From Eledone cirrhosa (taxonomy: Eukaryota), in contig OZ024741.1 of the NCBI GenBank assembly GCA_964016885.1, positions 189,286,001 through 189,350,000 of the forward strand: a stretch of DNA of 64,000 bases. The letters are read 5' to 3'. Positions 25,184 through 39,090 of this stretch are shown piece after piece. Position numbers and translations under genes: made by a program. The notes below the pieces were generated by a model. It saw only the letters and a program-made list of their open reading frames with translations, searched no databases and was not told the DNA's origin. How positions within the stretch are numbered: the first letter of the stretch is position 1; the number at the start of each line of letters is the position of its first letter.

Positions 25184-25719
25184 TGTGTGTATGTACATTT
25201 ATACATACATATACGTGTGTATGTTTGTGTCTGCATGTGTGCTTTGTGCTGTATATAGCAAAATAATGATAAAGCATATAAAGATAAAGAGAAAATAGAT
25301 AATCCAATTGAAATAGCAGGAAAGACACTTGAACAAGTTGACGAAGAATTTAGATATATTTGAGAAGAACAATATAAAACATGGAAGAATTGACACAGAA
25401 GAACATGGTGAAAACATGAAGTTCACTGATAACCATGAATGATGGAAGAAGGATGTTGTCTTACTTGCTGCTCACTTTGGAACTCCTTTGGCTACAGATT
25501 TGGTTGATTGATGAAACATAAATGCATACATACATGATGATGACTACAACTCGATTTCGAGTAATGCCATCATCATGGCATCAGCTCTATAACTTTATAG
25601 ATTGAGCTGAGTGCACTCAAATGGAGCAGAAAGGGAGGAAAAGAGGGTGAAGGTGAGCTGTGAGGTAATAGTACATGTATTTCCTTTATGTGGTTTCACA
25701 ATGATTTGTTATTTTCATT

Positions 25720-26560
25720 TCTCTCGGGTTGGAAGTGGTATCACAACTGGCAGGTGTAGAATCAGTCGGCTGGAATTTGCAGACAACATGGTATTACTTA
25801 ACTCAACAGAAGGTGATTTCTGACTTACATGTGATAAGTTTGATGCCGAGTGCTGCAATAACTAAGACACTTGTCCTTTCAAGGAAGCCTGCGCTGTGCA
25901 CTCTACATGTGAATGGAGTTACACTGAAGCAGGTGGAGAAGTTCAATTATCTCAGGACTGTATTCGCGAGTAATGGAAGGCAGGAGGCTAATTTAGGTGA
26001 AAGAATTGCAGGAGCTGGTGCAGTAGTGTGCCAACTTCTACATTTGGTAATCATCAGAAGGGAGGTAGGTGTAAAAGCCAAACTTGCTATCTTCAATTCG
26101 GTATTCATGCCAACCCTCACTTATGGTGATGAATCTTGGGTAATGACCAAAGGAAGAATACGATCACAAATACAAGCCACCGAAATGGGGGGGGGGTTTC
26201 TTCTGAAGGGTCTTAGGAGTAGCAATACTTGATAGAGTGCATAGGTCGAAGATCAGAGTCACTCCAGGTAGAACTGCTACTTCTCTGAATTGAGAGATCA
26301 CAGCTCCGATACTATGGGCATGTGGTTAAAATGTCTCAGGAAAGAATCACTGGACAGATTTTATGGGCAAAACCAACTGCCAGGAGACCCATGGGTAGAC
26401 CCCAAGTAAGATGGTTGGATAACATTCATGAGCTTGACCAGTCTCACTTGGAGATCTAGCCAGATTAATTGGAGACAGTTGCTTTTGACAAGACCCACTA
26501 GAAAGAGTGTTTGAAGACTGCACCCCCATGTCCCTCAGGAATAAGTGAACGGAAAAAAAG
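25720..26560 (+). mobile_element. Decayed RTE LINE of a separate family
   Basis: LEFADNMVLL, QVEKFNYL, PTLTYGDESW, QLRYYGHV, GRPQVRW; (GAA)n follows. Confidence 0.8.
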
Positions 26561-27023
26561 AAGAAGAAGAAGAAGAAGAAGAAGAACCACCACCACCACC
26601 ACCACCACCCAAGTAATTGGTAATTTTTTATAATTATTTAGTCAGCACTTAGAGGAGTTGAGATGCACTCTGATTTGTTATGAGTTTTATTGCTACTCAT
26701 ACACACATGCAGCATGCACACACATATCTATACTCTTTTACAGGTTCCTCTCAATGGACTGTGACCAGGCTCAGGTGATATGTGTGTGTATTTGTATAAA
26801 CTGTTTGATTTAGCTTTGCATTATCAGCAGTTTATCTATTGCAACAAGCCTGTCTGGTCATTTGTATATGATGTTACCAATTTTAAGTATTGTTTCATCT
26901 GAATGATCAGGTATGCTTTGTTTTTACTATGAAACTATTAGTAATGCAGATCTGAGTCAAAATATTTGGATTTAACCTATAAATTTAATCTTGATATTTA
27001 AACACAGAAAATAGATATACAAT

Positions 27024-27208
27024 GATAATTGTTTCTACTTTAGGCACAAGGCCAGCAATTACCCAGTACATTACTGGTACTTTATTTTATCGACCCCGTA
27101 AGGATGAAAGGCAAAGTTAACCTCGGCGGGATTTGAACTCAGACTGTAAAGGGACGTAACTATGCTGGAAAGCATGGCGTCCAACCCTCTACCGATACTG
27201 CCAATTCA
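27024..27208 (-). mobile_element. SINE family 2
   Basis: Homologous to 9442 and 37409. Confidence 0.85.
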
Positions 27209-27322
27209 CAAATTTCCATATATGTTGAATATACTTATTTTTCATCTTATACACCTATTTGTTTGTGTATGTGTATAAGTATGTAATGCATATATGTATG
27301 TGTCATATATCATGTTACCTCA

Positions 27323-27529
27323 TTATCTCTACAATATTTTGTCAGGTTATTAAAGGTAGACTGAAATAAATTTCTCTCACCAAAGTCGCTATATGTGATA
27401 GAGAGAGAGAGACACACACACATGTGTACATGCACACATATGTGTATATGTATCACATATAGCAACTCTGGTGAAAGAAATTTATTTCTGTCTGCCTTTA
27501 ATATAGCTAGTAGAATATTATAGAGATAA
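27323..27529. repeat. Diverged inverted repeat (~78-bp arms) around a microsatellite spacer
   Basis: 27323-27400 vs 27451-27529. Confidence 0.8.
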
Positions 27530-27979
27530 CAAGATAGCTGTCTGATAAGATAAATGAACTGTGTCTTACTTTAGAGAGAGCCATCATTGTTTAACTGTCT
27601 GATTTATCCCAATGAAACACATCTGTATTTGCATGTATCATCATCATCGTCATTGTCATCATCATCATTATCTTCATCATCGTCATCATCAATGTTCCCT
27701 GGTAGCAAAGGTTAGATGGCTCCAGACCAAGTCAGTACCTAATCATTGCCACTGACTTCATAAATGTGTGTCTGTGTGTGTGGAGTTACTACCCCTGTTG
27801 ACAACAAACAGATTCTCTCTATGAGTAAAAAGCAGCCTGTATGATACCTGCATGGGTAGAAAACACAAAGGTTATGCATATGTGGGACAGAAGTGAGTGA
27901 AGTATGCTCCAATGGATGTGTAATGTTAGTGTGTATGAATGGCAAAGCATGGATGAGCTTAGAGAAAGACTGGACATAT

Positions 27980-28047
<68 letters not shown>

Positions 28048-28189
28048 ACAGAGTCGGGCTAGATCGATACAGATTAAACCTTGATCTGATCAGTGGCAAA
28101 ACGCTCGTCACCAACCAAATAAACATAATGAAGGAGTAACCAATCGTCCTTGTTTTATTTTATTTTACTATATATATATAGATGGTCAT

Positions 28190-29520
28190 TGCTTCATCTT
28201 TGCAGATGATTGCATCAACCATCACCAACTCCAAACGTTCGTTCATGACCCCTTAGGTGGCTTTTAAGTCCAGCATTAGATTTGCATGGTCTGCAATAAA
28301 TGTGACAGTCAAAAGATGTTCCCTCTTTTGGATTGATTGGCTCAGTTTGTGGGATGTTTTCCTTATGTACCCTCATATGCCTTTTAAGACCAGAGATTGA
28401 TTTGTAGATCTTTTTGCACACCACACATGTTGTCTCACCTAGCATTGGGGGGATAGAGCTGCATACAGTTGGCTTTTTATGTGATTTTAAATGAGTGATG
28501 TACCCAAATTTAGAGAGCAGTGAATGACCACACACCTCACAAATCTAGCTCCCCATGTTCTTATTGAGGTTCATACTGTGGCCTTTTCGAAGCTAACGTT
28601 TAAGTTTTTATGGTCAAGACGTTTCTCTTCAAACATTCTGCAGCCTTCCTTCACATGTCCTGTCCATTTACCCCTCTTTAAAGCAAGCACTTCCCAGTTC
28701 TGAACTTCAAACTGAAGATCTTTAAGGTTGTTTTTTATGCAATCTTTATATCTTTTTCTTGGTTTGTGATGAGAATGTTTCCCAATGTGCAATTGACTGT
28801 AAAATAGTTGTTTTGGGAGTCCTTCCTCATTCATGCACACAACATAGCCTACCCAACGCATTTAAGACGATATGATGGTAGATTCAATGTCCGTGCAACC
28901 AGCATCTATGAGGATTTGTGTGTCAGTTATTTTTTGTTGCCATTTGATGTTTAGGATTCATCTTAAATACTTTTGATTAAAGTGTTCAAACAAATTAAGG
29001 TATTTACAATGCACTGTCCACGTTTCTAAAGAGTACAACAGAGCACCACTCAGAATACAAGCCTTGTACACACTAATCTTCGTCTTGATATTGATGCCAT
29101 GAGCCGCCCACACTCTCTTTCCAAGTTTTCCAAAGTCTGCAGAGACCTTTTGAATGCGCAGGTGTATTTCTGCATCCAGTGAACCATCCCTTGATAATGC
29201 ATTACACATGTAATCAAAAGTGTCAATTACTCCCAGCCTAGTTCCATGCATTATCATATTTGGCTCAATATATTCTTCCCCTGGTGATGAGGTGAACATT
29301 ACCTTAATCTCTTTTTAGATTAATTTTCATGCCAAAGGCATTACAAGAAGCTGCAAAATAATCCAGGATGTGTTACATGTCATCTTGAGAGTGAGCCAGA
29401 ATATCAACATCAACTGCATACAGCAGTTCTCTAATTAATATTTAGAACACCTTGGATTTGAAATTGAACCTTCTTAGGTCAAAGATCCTTCCTGTAGTTC
29501 TAACTTGCAATAGAACACTC
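28190..29520 (-). mobile_element. Decayed RTE (BovB-like) LINE with C-terminal C2H2 zinc fingers
   Basis: LLYAVDVD, LLYSLETW, RWVGYV..LPKQLFY, then three CxxC..H...H motifs at 28215-28545. Confidence 0.8.
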
Positions 29521-29565
29521 TTTGCACAGTCGTGGAATGCATGAGTCAGCATCACAGCTACATAC

Positions 29566-29639
<74 letters not shown>

Positions 29640-30674
29640 ATACTTTGGGAGGGTCATGTTGCCAATAAGAAACACACGCACCAGTTGCTTTCACTTCAAT
29701 TTATTATAATAAATTTATGAATTTATAAATTTCTGGTTGGTTGGCTGGTTCCACAACCAGATAGTTGTTTATATATTGTCATAGTTCTTTCGTCACACAC
29801 TCTGTGACCTCTTCAGTGACTGGGGATTCTTTTCTTTGTTTTTGTGCCTCTCCTTTGTTCTGTCCTACGCCATTTTGTTTCTGTTTGTGTCACACACAGA
29901 AAATACCTCGCCAAATTTACAATCTTCATCGGAGCAAGGTTTGGTCAACTCTCTGGCCAGATTTGACTCCCAACATGGACGACCCATCTAACCCATGCAA
30001 GCATGGGAAAATGGACACTAAATCATGATGATGATGATGATGATGATGATGATATATATATATACAAATACATATAACAATATGACTTAACCTATCTCCC
30101 ACCATTGTTCCTTAGTAATTATTCTCATAATCACTAAACCCTTTTCTATCTATGAACACCTCCCCTCCCTCCTAACAACCTTTCTTTTCTCACATCACCC
30201 AAAACCTTTGATATCATACTTGTTATTTCTCCCTCCCACTAACCTATTGTCCCTTACCCATGATATAGTTATTATCTCTTTTGCCTCATCCAGCAGTAGA
30301 ATCCATGCCAAAAAGGATTGAGAGGACTCTTCTGTCAAGGGCACAACAACTTCTCTAGTGTTGATGACACAATCAAATGCATCTGATACTCTATATACAG
30401 TGCAAAATGCTGGCTCTTGGTCCATCTGTGGGTTCACCTGCCTCAATTAAGACCTAACTTGGTTTATGATATGATGACCCATCTGACCCTTGCTATCAGG
30501 GAAAATGGACATTAAATGATGATGATGATGATATATGTGTTTATATATATATATATAGGGAGAGAGAGAAAATGTGAAGTTGGAAATAGCATGGAAAATA
30601 TATTTTAGGGTCTGTTTTTTTTTTGTTTTTTTTTTGTATTTTTCCTTCCTTTGATTCGTCAAAGTGACATTATT

Positions 30675-30863
30675 AGTGGATTGGCAGTATCGGTAGAGGG
30701 TCGGACGCCATGCTTTGATGCATAGAGTTACGGCCCTTGCCATTCTGAGTTCAAATCCTGCCGAGGTTAACTTTGCCTTTCATCCTTACGGGGTCGATAA
30801 AATAAAGTACCAGTAATATACTGAGTAATTTCTGGCCTTGTGCCAAAAGTAGAAACAATTATT
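30675..30863 (+). mobile_element. SINE family 2
   Basis: Homologous to 9636-9827. Confidence 0.85.
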
Positions 30864-31275
30864 TAAAAAATGAGAGACAATTCTTTTTAAAAAGTTTTAT
30901 AATGTATATGAAGTATCACCAGTTTCGCCGTATTAGTAAAATGCATCTTATCAAATGTTGAGTATTACAATTAAAAAGAATTAATAATAATTAAAAACTT
31001 AAAATTAAAGATTTAAAATTAAGATTTAAGTTTTTTTCATCTTCCTTGTTGAGAAGGAGACTGAGAGGAGACTTGTGTATAGAGAGAGAGGTGTGTAGTC
31101 ATGATAGTAGCAGCAGCTGAGTTGGTAGTTTCTTCACATAGAACAAAATTGTTTTTAGGAACAAAGGAAATATTCTGTACATATGTGTGTGAATCTCAAT
31201 TGTGTTAATGGACAAAGAGTTCAGAAGGGCAAAGGGGGGGAAGTGTAAGCTAGAGGAAAATTCTATAGAATTTCC

Positions 31276-32892
31276 TTGTACGACAACTACAGGAGAAGTA
31301 CTTAGCTTTTGTTGACTTGGAGAAAGCCTTTGACAGAGTCCTCCACGCCATTATCTGTTGATGAAATGCTTGTGAAAGCTATACAAGCTATGTATAAAGA
31401 AACAGTCAGTAAGGTTAAAATTAACAACGAATATAGTGAAGAATCTAGCATAAAAGTTGGTGTTCATCAGAGCTCTGTCCTTAGCCCCCTCCTATTTATT
31501 ATTGCCCTTCAGGCTATAACAGAGGAGTTCAAGACTGGCTGCCTATGGGGACTTCTATATGCAGATGATCTAACGCTCATAGCTGAATCTATGGCTGAAC
31601 TAGAGAAGAAATTCCAAACATGGAAGCATGGCCTAGAATCAAAAGGCCTTAAAGTTAACTTGTCTAAGACTAAAGTTCTAGTATGTAGGAAGGAAAATAG
31701 GGCACAGGTCCCTTCTGGGAAATGGCTATGCTCAGTGTGTAGGAAAGGAGAATGGCAAAAATTCTATTTTATGTCCCAAATGCAAAGTATGGGTGCATAA
31801 AAAATGATCACAGGTAAGCTATCTAAGAACGTAGATTTTATATGTGGCCGGTGCTCAGGTGCAATAAGTAGCAAGTACCCACAGGATACTAGCTTCTTCT
31901 ATTGCCCAGATGGTTCTATAGAAATAGTGGACACCTTCCGTTACCTGGGTGACAAAATCAGCAGTGGTGGAGGGTGCTCTGAAAGTACAGTAGCCAGAGT
32001 TAGAACGGGATGGAAAAAGTTCAGAGAGCTTGTACCACTATTGGCCACTAAAGGTTTCTCTCTAAAAATGAAACACAGATTCTATGATGCCTGCATACGA
32101 ACAGCAATATTACATGGCAGTGAGACCTGGGCATTGTGGGCAGAGGATCTGTGCAGACTGGAGAGGAACAAAGCATGCATGCTCTGTTGGATGTATAATA
32201 GTAATAATATACGTGAACGGCAAAGCATAAATGAACTAACTGAGAAATTAAGAATAAGAAGGATCAGATGTTGTTTACTCGAGAGAAGACTACGTTGGTA
32301 TGGTCATGTGATCCGCATGAAAGACGACAGCTGTATAAAAGAGTGCAGGGCGATCAAAATTGATGGTAGTTACGGAGTAGGTAGACCCAGAAAAACCTGG
32401 GACGATTTGATAAATTCTAACCTTACACCTCTCTAAGACAATGTCACTGGACTGAGATCTTTGGCGCTATGCAGTAATACAGAAGACCCACCTTGCCTAT
32501 GTACAAAGCGAAACCTACAGTCAGTAGGCACCTTTTAACCAAATATACACCCCCATCTCACTACCCCTACTTCACCCCCCCCCCCCATCCCACCAATACC
32601 ACCCCTTTCTCTGTAAAGTTATGTTGGTACCACAACATCCAGTCCTAAATAAATGAGGTCGTGTAGGTGTCACAACAAAAAAACACACAGTCCACACTAT
32701 AATGTGGCCGTGTAGGTAACATGGAAAAAACCTCCCAGTCCACACTGTAAATGTGGTTGGTGTTAGGAAGGGCATCCAACCATAGAAAACCTGCCAGATA
32801 GTCCTATATGAGCCTCAAGTGGGACAATTCCCGTATAAACCCATGCTAGCGTGGAAGATAGACATTAAACGATGATGATGATGATGATGATG
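31276..32892 (+). mobile_element. RTE family B' decayed copy
   Basis: LYADD, RRLRWYGHV; frameshifts; (GAT)n tail. Confidence 0.92.
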
Positions 32893-33620
32893 GCAACAGT
32901 AGGGTTGTAAAAGAAATTCTGTTTATGGAATATGGTTTTAGAAAGTGTGTGCGTGTGAGAGTGTATATATAAAAATACACACATGTGTGTGTGCTCCAGC
33001 CTGTTTGTCACAGGTCCCTTGTGGTGGGAAATAAAAAAAAAAAAGAGCAAAGCATCAGTGGTGGCTTTCAATCAGGAATTTTTGGAAAATATGTGTATGA
33101 GTATTTTTTCTCTTATTTCGTGGTGTGTATGTGTGGGAGAGAGAGATAATCTAATGGGGGGTGATTACATGTTTAATTCTGGTTTAAATTTGTTAATAAA
33201 TAGTTTTTCCTTATTTATTCTTTGTTGTTGAGTGAAAGAATCGGAGCACTTATAAAGGGGGAAGATTTTAAAGTTGGCTAGAGTCATTCCTGCAATGTGG
33301 CTACTTAAAGACCCTAAAATATATTTTCCGTGCTATTTCCAACTTCACCTTTTCTCTATAACCACTGTTTCGTATAGAACCTTACTTCCCTTTTCATATA
33401 TATAATAAGAAAATAAGAAATATAATTTTTAAAAAAATATTTAAGAACAAAGTGCATCGAAGAACCCATCTGTTTGCCCATCTCGCAGGTGGATGCACTA
33501 CAAGGGGCCGCTGTCTTACTTCAAGAGCTACCGATCCTGTCCTACCGCAGTAGCCCCAGTACTCGTCCCAGAGCACCAACACTCTTTTTCTTGCATTTTG
33601 TGTGTCTTTTTATGATATTT

Positions 33621-36600
33621 TCAACGTTTAACGTCCGTGTTCCACGCTTGCATGGGTTTGGACGGGGGTAGTCCCACTTGAGGCAAGAGTGATTGTCTTG
33701 CTCGCATAGGACTGTCTGGCAGGTTTTCTACAGTTGGATGCCCTTCCTAACACCAACCACATTTACAGTGTGGGTCTGGGAGGTTTTTACCGTGTTGCCT
33801 ACACGGCCACATTACAGCGTGGACTGTGTGTTTTTTTGTCGTGACACCTACACGATCTCATTTGATTCGGCCTGGATGGCGCGGCACCAACATAACTTTA
33901 CATAGAACGGGGTGGTGTGGATGGGGTGGGGGTTGTGGTGGTGGGACGGGGTGTATTTTGTTAGAGATGCCTAGTGGCAAGGCGGGTCTTCTCTATTACT
34001 GAGTACCGCCAAAGGTCTCGGTCCAGTGACATTGTCTTGGTGAGGTGTAAGTGTGTGAGGTCGGTGTTTATCAGCTCGTCCCAGGTTTTTCTGGGTCTGC
34101 CTATTCCGTGGCTACCATCTATCTTTATTGCCCTGCACTTTGTTATACAGCTATCATCCTTCATGCGCATCACGTGACCATACCAACGTAGCCTTCTCCC
34201 TAGTAAACAACATCTGATCCCTCTTATTTCTAATTTTTTCCTTAGTTCGTTTATGCTTTGTCGTTCACGTATATTACTATTACACATCCAGCGGAGCATG
34301 CAAGCTTCGTTTCTCTCTAGTCTGCGTATATCCTCTGCACACAATACCCAGGTCTCACTGCCATGCAACATTGCTGTTCGTATGCAGGCATCGTACAGCC
34401 TGCCTTTCATTTTTAGGGAGAACCCTTTAGCGGCTAATAGTGGTATAAGCTCTCTGAACTTTTTCCACCCAGTTCTGACTCTAGCTACTGTACTTTCAGG
34501 GCACCCTCCCCCACTGCTGATTTTGTCACCCAGGTAACGGAAGCTGTCCACTATTTCTATAGAACCATCTGGGCAATAGAAGGAGCTAGTATTTTGTGGG
34601 CACTTGCTGCTACTTATATCCACAGAACACCAGCCACATGTAAAATCTATGTTCTTAGTTAGCTTACCTGTGATCCCACTACATCTTTTATGCACCCAAA
34701 CTTTGCATTTGGGACACAAAATGGAATTTCTGCCTACGCCTTTCCTACACTCTGCGCATGGCCACTTCCCGGAGGGGACCGCCGCCTTATTTTCTTTCTT
34801 ACAAACTAGAACTTTAGTCTTAGCTAGGTTAATTTTAAGGCCTTTTGATTCTAGGCCGTGCTTCCATGTTTGGAATTTCTTCTCTAGCTCGGCCATTGAT
34901 TCAGCTATGAGCGTTAGATCATCTGCGTATAGGAGTTCCCATGGGCAGCCGGTCTTGAACTCCACTGTTATAGCCTGGAGGGCAATAATAAATAGTAGGG
35001 GGCTAAGAACAGAGCCCTGATGAACACCAACTTTTACACTAAACTCTTCACTATATTCGTTGTTAATTCTAACCTTGCTAACTGTTTCTTTATACATGGC
35101 TTGTATAGCTCTCACAAGCCATTCATCAACACCTAGTTTTCTAAGAGCCCACCAGATAATGGAACGGGGGACTCTGTCGAAGGCCTTCTCCAAGTCGACG
35201 AAAGCTAAGTATAGGGGTTTACTTTTAGCTAGGTACTTCTGTAGTTGTCGTACAATGAAAAGAGCGTCTGTGGTACTTTTTTCTGACACAAACCCGAACT
35301 GCATTTCATCTAGATCAATTCGCTTTCTGATTAGTTGCGCTATAACTTTTTCCGTGACCTTCATGACCTGGTCGATTAATTTAATGCCTCTATAGTTACT
35401 CCTATCTAGGGCGTCTCCTTTACCCTTATAACAGTTAACGATAATGCTGCTGCGCCAGTCCTTCGGAACAACCCCATTCTGTATGACTTGGTTGACTATC
35501 CGGGTGACCATGGTGTGTCCCACCGTACCAGATGCCTTCAGCATCTCGGCAACTATTTCCGAAGGCCCAGCCGCCTTGCCTGTCTTCATATCTTTGATTG
35601 CCTTACTTATTATACTACCCTCGACTAACACTGCTGGTCCCTCTATTGGGTCGATGTGGGGGAGACTGTCTTTCTCCCATTTATTCTCCTCATTTAGTAG
35701 CCTTTCATAGTGACACTTCCAAGCTACCTTCTTATCGGCGTCGGTGATGGCAAGTATGCCGTCATCGTTAAGTACACACTTCTCCCCGACAATATCACTG
35801 TTTTCCTTGACACATTGCCTAGCAATCCTGAACACCTCACGTTTTTGGTCATCGCGTTGTAGAACATGCTTGAACTTTCTTTCCTCTGCTTCCCTTCTTG
35901 CAAAGTACACTTGTTTCCTAGCTTCCCTCCTGGCCACTTGATAGTCTTCTCTGCTTCCCCCATCCCGCCATGCTTTCCAAGCCTGCTTTTTGGCCTTAAT
36001 TGACCCCTCCACCTTACTGTTCCACCACCATGTTACTCTCCTCCTGCCTACAGGCCTGCTCCAGCCACAGACTTCGTCTGCCGCCGTCAGCAGGTAATTC
36101 CCACTGTTCCTCTACCTTGTACGTCTCTAATTGCTCTTTCTCACTGTCGAAAGCATCAAGTAATATGCTTTGGAATTTATTTTTGGCTGTGGGGTCCTTT
36201 AGCTTCCATATTTTTCTCCTGAGGATAGTCCTCTTCTGTTGTCTAGTACGTCTCGTCCTGACTATTAGGTCGCTAATTATCAGTCTATGTTGGGAAGTGC
36301 ATTCTTCATGGGGGAGGGATTTAGTGTTTACGACAGTCACTTTGTCACGTCTTCTGGTAAGGATATAATCTACCTGGCTAGTATGTTCCCCTGATCTGTA
36401 GGTGATCAAGTGATTGTCTCGTTTTTTGAAGTTAGTGTTGCAGATAGTTAGGTTATTTGCGTCGCAGAATTCCAGGATTCTCGAGCCTTCCTCATTTCTA
36501 GTACCAAACCCATAGCCTCCATGGATTTCGTCGTAGCCGTCACAATGTTGTCCAACGTGACCGTTTAGGTCGCCTGCAATAATTATATAGTCACTGTCGG
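33621..36600 (-). mobile_element. RTE family B, ~3 kb, 5'-truncated, frameshifted near 36010-36100
   Basis: IIAGDLNGH endonuclease motif and 683-aa RT ORF. Confidence 0.95.
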
Positions 36601-37298
36601 TTTGTATGTGTGTGTGTATATATGCATGTGTGTGTGTGTGAGGATGGTGTATGTATATGTATGTGTGTATGTATGTGTGTATGTATGTATATGTATGCAC
36701 ATGTACAATTTCTATGTGCGAGACAGTGTGTGTATGTGCGTGTAGGTATTTATGCATGTGTGTGTGTGTGTGTATGTAAGTGATCATATATACATAGATA
36801 TATTTCTTTATTTATTTATATCGGTTATTTTTGTTTTTGTTTTATTTTTGTTTTTGTTTATAACTTTTTTTTTTCTTGTAATACTCGGGGTACGTGCGTC
36901 CGTTGGATTCTAGGCCCATGATTGGTCATTCTATATGCTTGTTTGTGTCTTTGCTGGTTCGTCCACAGATTTAATGTGGTTTTTGTTGTGTTAACACTGG
37001 TCTGAGGATCAGGCAGTCTAGGAGTCTGGTCTGGGGTGCCATCCCATATCACGATCCAGCTGCTTGAGAAACATTTGTAACCAGGATTGAGCAATAAATC
37101 TCATATTTAACACCTCCACTTTGTTCTTATATACACTCTGCTCTGCATGGATTGCTGCCCTTGGTTCTCTCACCAGTTTTCTTTGGACTTACTGAAATTT
37201 CTGTGCATATATATATATATATGTGTGTGTGTGTGTAAAAGGTAAATAATATATGGAAGGAATATATCAGGTTAACGCTTGAAATAGCAGGAAGAGGG

Positions 37299-37334
37299 TC
37301 TTAACGTTTCGGACGCTAGTCCTTCATCAGAAGA
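37299..37334 (-). ncRNA. Minimal hammerhead ribozyme motif (Penelope pLTR type)
   Basis: On -: tctt-CTGATGA-a-ggac-tagc-gtcc-GAAA-cg-TT-aaga. Confidence 0.75.
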
Positions 37335-37408
37335 AAGAATGAGAAATTAGAAAGATTGAAGGGATGGGCATATTTATATATACACACATATATATATATA
37401 ATATTAAT

Positions 37409-37605
37409 AATAATTGTTTCTACTTTTGGCACAAGGCCAGCAATTACCCAGTACATTACAGTACATTACTGGTACTTTATTTTATCGACCCCGTAAGGAT
37501 GAAAGGCAAAGTTAACCTCGGCGGGATTTGAACTCTGACTGTAAAGGGACGTAAATATGCTAGAAAGCATGGCGTCCAACCCTCTACTGATACTACCAAT
37601 TCACC
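37409..37605 (-). mobile_element. SINE family 2
   Basis: Homology to other copies; small cagtacatta duplication. Confidence 0.85.
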
Positions 37606-37779
37606 ATGATAATTTTAATAATAGTAATAAATACAAATTCCAATTTGTGTGTATTCAGAAAATAACTCTATATTTTTGCCTTTTAATTTCAAGCAATTTA
37701 CTCTTTGGATGGAAGCTATGGGGTAGCTGAAAACTGATAAAAAAACTGTTTTATTCAAAATATTATGTCTGTATATATA

Positions 37780-37878
37780 GAGGGTGTCCCAAAAATGTAT
37801 ACACACTTTGATTACCTGTACAGGCAGTATTTATTAGAATGCTGGTGAAGTGTGTATACATTTTTTGGGGACACCCTG
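37780..37878. mobile_element. Tc1/mariner-type MITE (99 bp)
   Basis: ~29-bp TIRs agggtgtcccaaaaatgtatacacactt; TA on both sides. Confidence 0.85.
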
Positions 37879-38174
37879 TATATGTTTGTATATAAATGGA
37901 GCAAGATTTTTCCACTGGGTATATAATCTTAGTATGCACGATCTGCAGAGCACAAATGAACTGAAAGAAAAGAGGAATACATGAGGAATTGGGTGTAGAG
38001 TACAAGAGAGGTAGTCTGCTCTGATACAGACTTTTAATATATAAAGAAGTGCTGAGCATTTAAAGTAGATGGAACCTGTGGGAGCGAGAGGCCTAAAACA
38101 TAGGAAGAAGTCGTGAAGTCTGATCTGAAGATGCTGAAGAAAAGCTACCCACTGATGATAAAATCTTCATTAAA

Positions 38175-38390
38175 ATAATTGTTTCCACTTTAAGCACAAG
38201 GTCAGCAATTTTGGGGAGGGGAAAGTTGATTAAATCGCACCCAGTGCATTACTGGGGCTTTATTTTATTGACTCCGTAAGGATTAAAGGCAAAGTTAACC
38301 CCAGCGGGATTTGAACTCAGAATGTAAAGGACTGTAATTTTATGCCATGAAGCAAGGTGTCTGACGCTCTACCGATTCTGCCATTCCCCT
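38175..38390 (-). mobile_element. SINE family 2, older copy
   Basis: Homologous to 16255. Confidence 0.75.
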
Positions 38391-38447
38391 AAAATAATGG
38401 TGATGGATATTGGGTTGTATGTGATATAAACATTGCCATTATATTGA

Positions 38448-38483
38448 CTAGCAGAAAACCACCCTAGGGTGGTTTTCTGCTAG
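38448..38483. repeat. 36-bp perfect palindrome of a dispersed repeat
   Basis: ctagcagaaaaccaccct|agggtggttttctgctag; second copy at 63534-63570. Confidence 0.85.
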
Positions 38484-38628
38484 CATGTGTAGTGTGTGTA
38501 TTGATATTATATGAAAGTATATATGCATGTAGATATGATACATCAAATAAAATCGTAATTGATAATATACACAGAAATTGAAGAGAGACTATGTTACACT
38601 GTCTTCTGTAATCAGTAGAGTAATCCAT

Positions 38629-38974
38629 GATCATCATCATCATCATCATCATTTTACGTCCGCTTTTCCCTGCTTGCAAGGGTGGGACGGGAACTGATTC
38701 TGGCTTGATTTCTACAGCTGGATGCCCTTCCTAACACCAACCTCATTTACAGTGAGTGCTGGGTGCTTTTTTGCCGTGACACCTCCATGACCACTTTGCA
38801 GTGGAATGATAGGGACCCTAGTCCCTATCATCTCATTGCTACAGCTGAGTAAACTGGAGCAATGTGAAATAAAGTGTCTTGCTCAAGGACACAACACATC
38901 ACCCGGTCTGAGAATTGAACTCACAACCTTTCGATTGCAAGGCCAATGCTCTAACCACTAAGCCATGTGCCTCC
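38629..38974 (-). mobile_element. Full-length SINE family 1 with RTE family C tail
   Basis: Near-identical reverse complement of 46211-46557. Confidence 0.92.
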
Positions 38975-39090
38975 ATGGTACATTTAAAAAAAGACGATAT
39001 TATATATAAACTGCATTAGGAGAAAATTAGCAATGGAAATATGTGCGATATTTTTATAAGTGTTATAATTTTAAAGAAGGGAATGTTTAA

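Noticed and set aside
30915-30960. Possible hammerhead on the - strand (TTGATAA..GAAActgg)
   Set aside because: Core and stems too degenerate to support
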